DNA of 63,982 bases, the filler included, from Asterionella formosa (Eukaryota): assembly GCA_002256025.1 (NCBI GenBank). It is 5 parts of 5 records of this genome, joined end to end, with 100 filler letters (N's around TTAATTAATTAA, not from the genome) between each part and the next. Parts side by side here need not be neighbours in the genome. Positions count along the whole stretch, not along the records: positions 51,898 to 63,982 come from NKIB01007867.1; 4 more parts are not named here. The stretch is one strand, 5' to 3'. The notes under the pieces were generated by a model that saw only the letters and a list, made by a program, of their open reading frames with translations, was not told where the DNA came from and ran no database searches. The position numbers and the translations under genes were made by a program. Positions 61,834 through 63,982 of this stretch are shown piece by piece (the first letter of the stretch is position 1; each line of letters starts with the position of its first letter).

Positions 61834-62871
61834 CCACTTAAAAACTGTAAGCCACCGCTATTTTACTCTATCTTTCGACTAAAAATATTTATGTAATTCA
61901 ACGATCAAAACTTGACGCAAGTACAAAGCTTATGTTAGACAATGCTCTCTGCTATACTATTAAGGAATCAGTTTTGATTCTGTGTATGTAGCCATGAAGA
62001 AATAATTTTTCCAAAGTCACTAAGATTATTGCATAGCGGTGGCTTACAGTGCATATTTTTCTATCTGTACATGTATATATTTTACCCCCAAACCGTGTTT
62101 ATTTTTACTCCGTTAATACTACAAAAATTATTTTCTTATTACTTTACGTTTTACATTTTTGCAGGGGCAGCATCATCGTTGGAGAATTCTTCTGATGCAT
62201 TACATTAATCTCGAGCTTCTTTGCATCCAATTACTTGCTTGCGGAGTCTCAAACTTCATCACGGAATGGTGGATCGGCAGTAGCAGTTGTACTAGAAGGA
62301 GAGGGAATAGCAACAGGAGGAGGTGAATTAACAACAACCACAGCAATAGGAGGTGCATGGAGAGGGACTGGCGGCTGCTGGTCACCACGGTGATTGGTGT
62401 CGTCGAATCTTGCAATCAGAGCTTGCCTTGTCTGTGGAACCGGCAAATCCCCTGATCGTTTGTACCAACGCACCATTAATTTCAATTCTGGCACAGACAT
62501 CTGTTCTTTTGTTTTGTTCTGTTCCTTCAATGTAAGTACTTTTCCGCGAAGTGTATTGAATTCTTGTTGCCTTTTTGTTTCTTTTGTACTAATGACAATG
62601 TCTGAAATTCGCTTCCGTTCCAGTGTAACAGCAAGAATATTTGGCCCAAGGGTAAAGGTTTGTGCAGAGGCCAGAAGTCCTGCTGCTATCCTCTTCTTGT
62701 GTCCCTCAATGTGTGAATCCGCTGTCTCCCTTCTCTGTCTACTAGCTTGGGCGGCGTCCCGGTCGATTCCATTTCGCACATCCTCGCGTTTGCAAAACTT
62801 GTTAATTCTTCCAACAATTGTTCCAGAAAAGCCAGTTTGGAGGTTTAACTCATCTGGAGGGAGAGTGGCAG
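61834..62871 (-). mobile_element. 3' end of a TA-flanked DNA transposon (probable pogo/Tc1-mariner superfamily), copy 1
   Basis: Terminus TA|CCACTTAAAAACTGTAAGCCACCGCTA; internal 18-bp inverted repeat. Minus-strand ORF tail LNLQTG.SGTIV...K..IAAGLL...MSVPELK.MV.WYKR.GD.PVP resembles transposase C-termini. No catalytic core visible, so the superfamily is inferred. Confidence 0.55.
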
Positions 62872-63089
62872 TTCGACTCTTTTTGAATTCAAAGTGAAGT
62901 ATCTAACTAGAAGTAGTAGTATTTGTTGAATATATAAGCTTATAAATTAATCCTTATGTACAACTCATTTCCTGAACTGTCATCAAAGTATAGAATGGAT
63001 GTTAGTCGGGTTCTCTCATTATTGAATTCCGATGTATTTGATAAAACCCTAACTCTATATATATCTGCATCGATGTGCAGGATTGCTCA
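62872..63089 (-). mobile_element. Gypsy LTR (63089-62895) plus 23-nt PBS-position motif only
   Basis: Homologous to the other three LTRs; same CTTTGAATTCAAAAAGAGTCGAA as at 39804-39782. Confidence 0.85.
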
Positions 63090-63096
63090 CCTGGTA

Positions 63097-63982
63097 CCAC
63101 TTAAAAACTGTAAGCCACCGCTATTTTACTCTATCTTTCGACTAAAAATATTTATGTAATTCAACGATCAAGACTTGACGCAAGTACAAAGCTTATGTTA
63201 GACAATGCTCTCTGCTATACTATTAAGGAATCAGTTTTGATTCAGTGTATGTAGCCATGATGAAATAATTTTTCCAAAGTCACTAAGATTATTGCATAGC
63301 GGTGGCTTACAGTGCATATTTTTCTATCTGTACATGTATATATTTTACCCCCAAACCGTGTTTATTTTTACTCCGTTAATACTACAAAAATTATTTTCTT
63401 ATTACTTTACGTTTTACACTTTTGCAGGGGCAGCATCATCGTTGGAGAATTCTTCTGATGCATTACATTAATCTCGAGCTTCTTTGCATCCAATTACTTG
63501 CTTGCGGAGTCTCAAACTTCATCACGGAATGGTGGATCGGCAGTAGCAGTTGTAGAAGGAGAGGGAATAGCAACAGGAGGAGGTGAATTAACAACAACCA
63601 CAGCAATAGGAGGTGCATGGAGAGGGACTGGCGGCTGCTGGTCACCACGGTGATTGGTGTCGTCGAATCTTGCAATCAGAGCTTGCCTTGTCTGTGGAAC
63701 CGGCAAATCCCCTGATCGTTTGTACCAATGCACCATTAATTTCAATTCTGGCACAGACATCTGTTCTTTTGTTTTATTCTGTTCCTTCAATGTAAGTACT
63801 TTTCCGCGAAGTGTATTGAATTCTTGTTGCCTTTTGCTTGGTTTCTTTTGTACTAATGACAATGTCTGAAATTCGCTTCCGTTCCAGTGTAACAGCAAGA
63901 ATATTTGGCCCAAGGGTAAAGGTTTGTGCAGAGGCCAGAAGTCCTGCTGCTATCCTCTTCTTGTGTCCCTCAATGTGTGAAT
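63097..63982 (-). mobile_element. Copy 2 of the TA|CCAC-ended transposon end (runs off the window)
   Basis: Near-identical to 61834 onward at offset 1263, with a handful of substitutions and small indels. Confidence 0.85.

Noticed and set aside
62871..62894. tRNA gene suggested by the GTTCGACTC B-box
   Set aside because: No D arm, anticodon arm or 5' acceptor strand upstream; the sequence belongs to the gypsy PBS region.

Overview
Eukaryotic nuclear scaffold, most likely from a diatom. This rests on a bipartite 'SA-F' plastid presequence, short spliceosomal introns, CoDi-like copia and gypsy remnants, and a diatom-type ankyrin/coiled-coil family. Four scaffold gaps (N44-TTAATTAATTAA-N44) split the window. 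The gene islands encode two ankyrin-like coiled-coil paralogues, an arsenite methyltransferase with an overlooked first exon, a polyprenol/steroid 5-alpha reductase, a secreted RxL-motif protein, a type II membrane protein, an F-box/SPRY protein, PDE12, an M11 metalloprotease, MnmG/MTO1, TMEM144, PP2C, TMEM70, a mannitol-dehydrogenase-family/uronate-isomerase fusion and a ZnF-UBP sirtuin. Between them lie decayed LINE, copia, gypsy, PIF/Harbinger and pogo/Tc1-like elements, plus an unclassified family with CGTCTG termini. Four observations stand out. (1) Intergenic DNA is saturated with TA-CC(W)GG-TA / TA-CCAG-TA / TA-CTGG-TA words that read like serial excision footprints of a CCA...TGG-ended TA-inserting transposon whose end is in the window. 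(2) All four outer ends of the gypsy LTRs abut CCWGG (one CCTGC) within those words. (3) An LTR+23 nt fragment is flanked by a ~1.04 kb target duplication. (4) One polypeptide appears to carry the first two steps of bacterial-type hexuronate catabolism.
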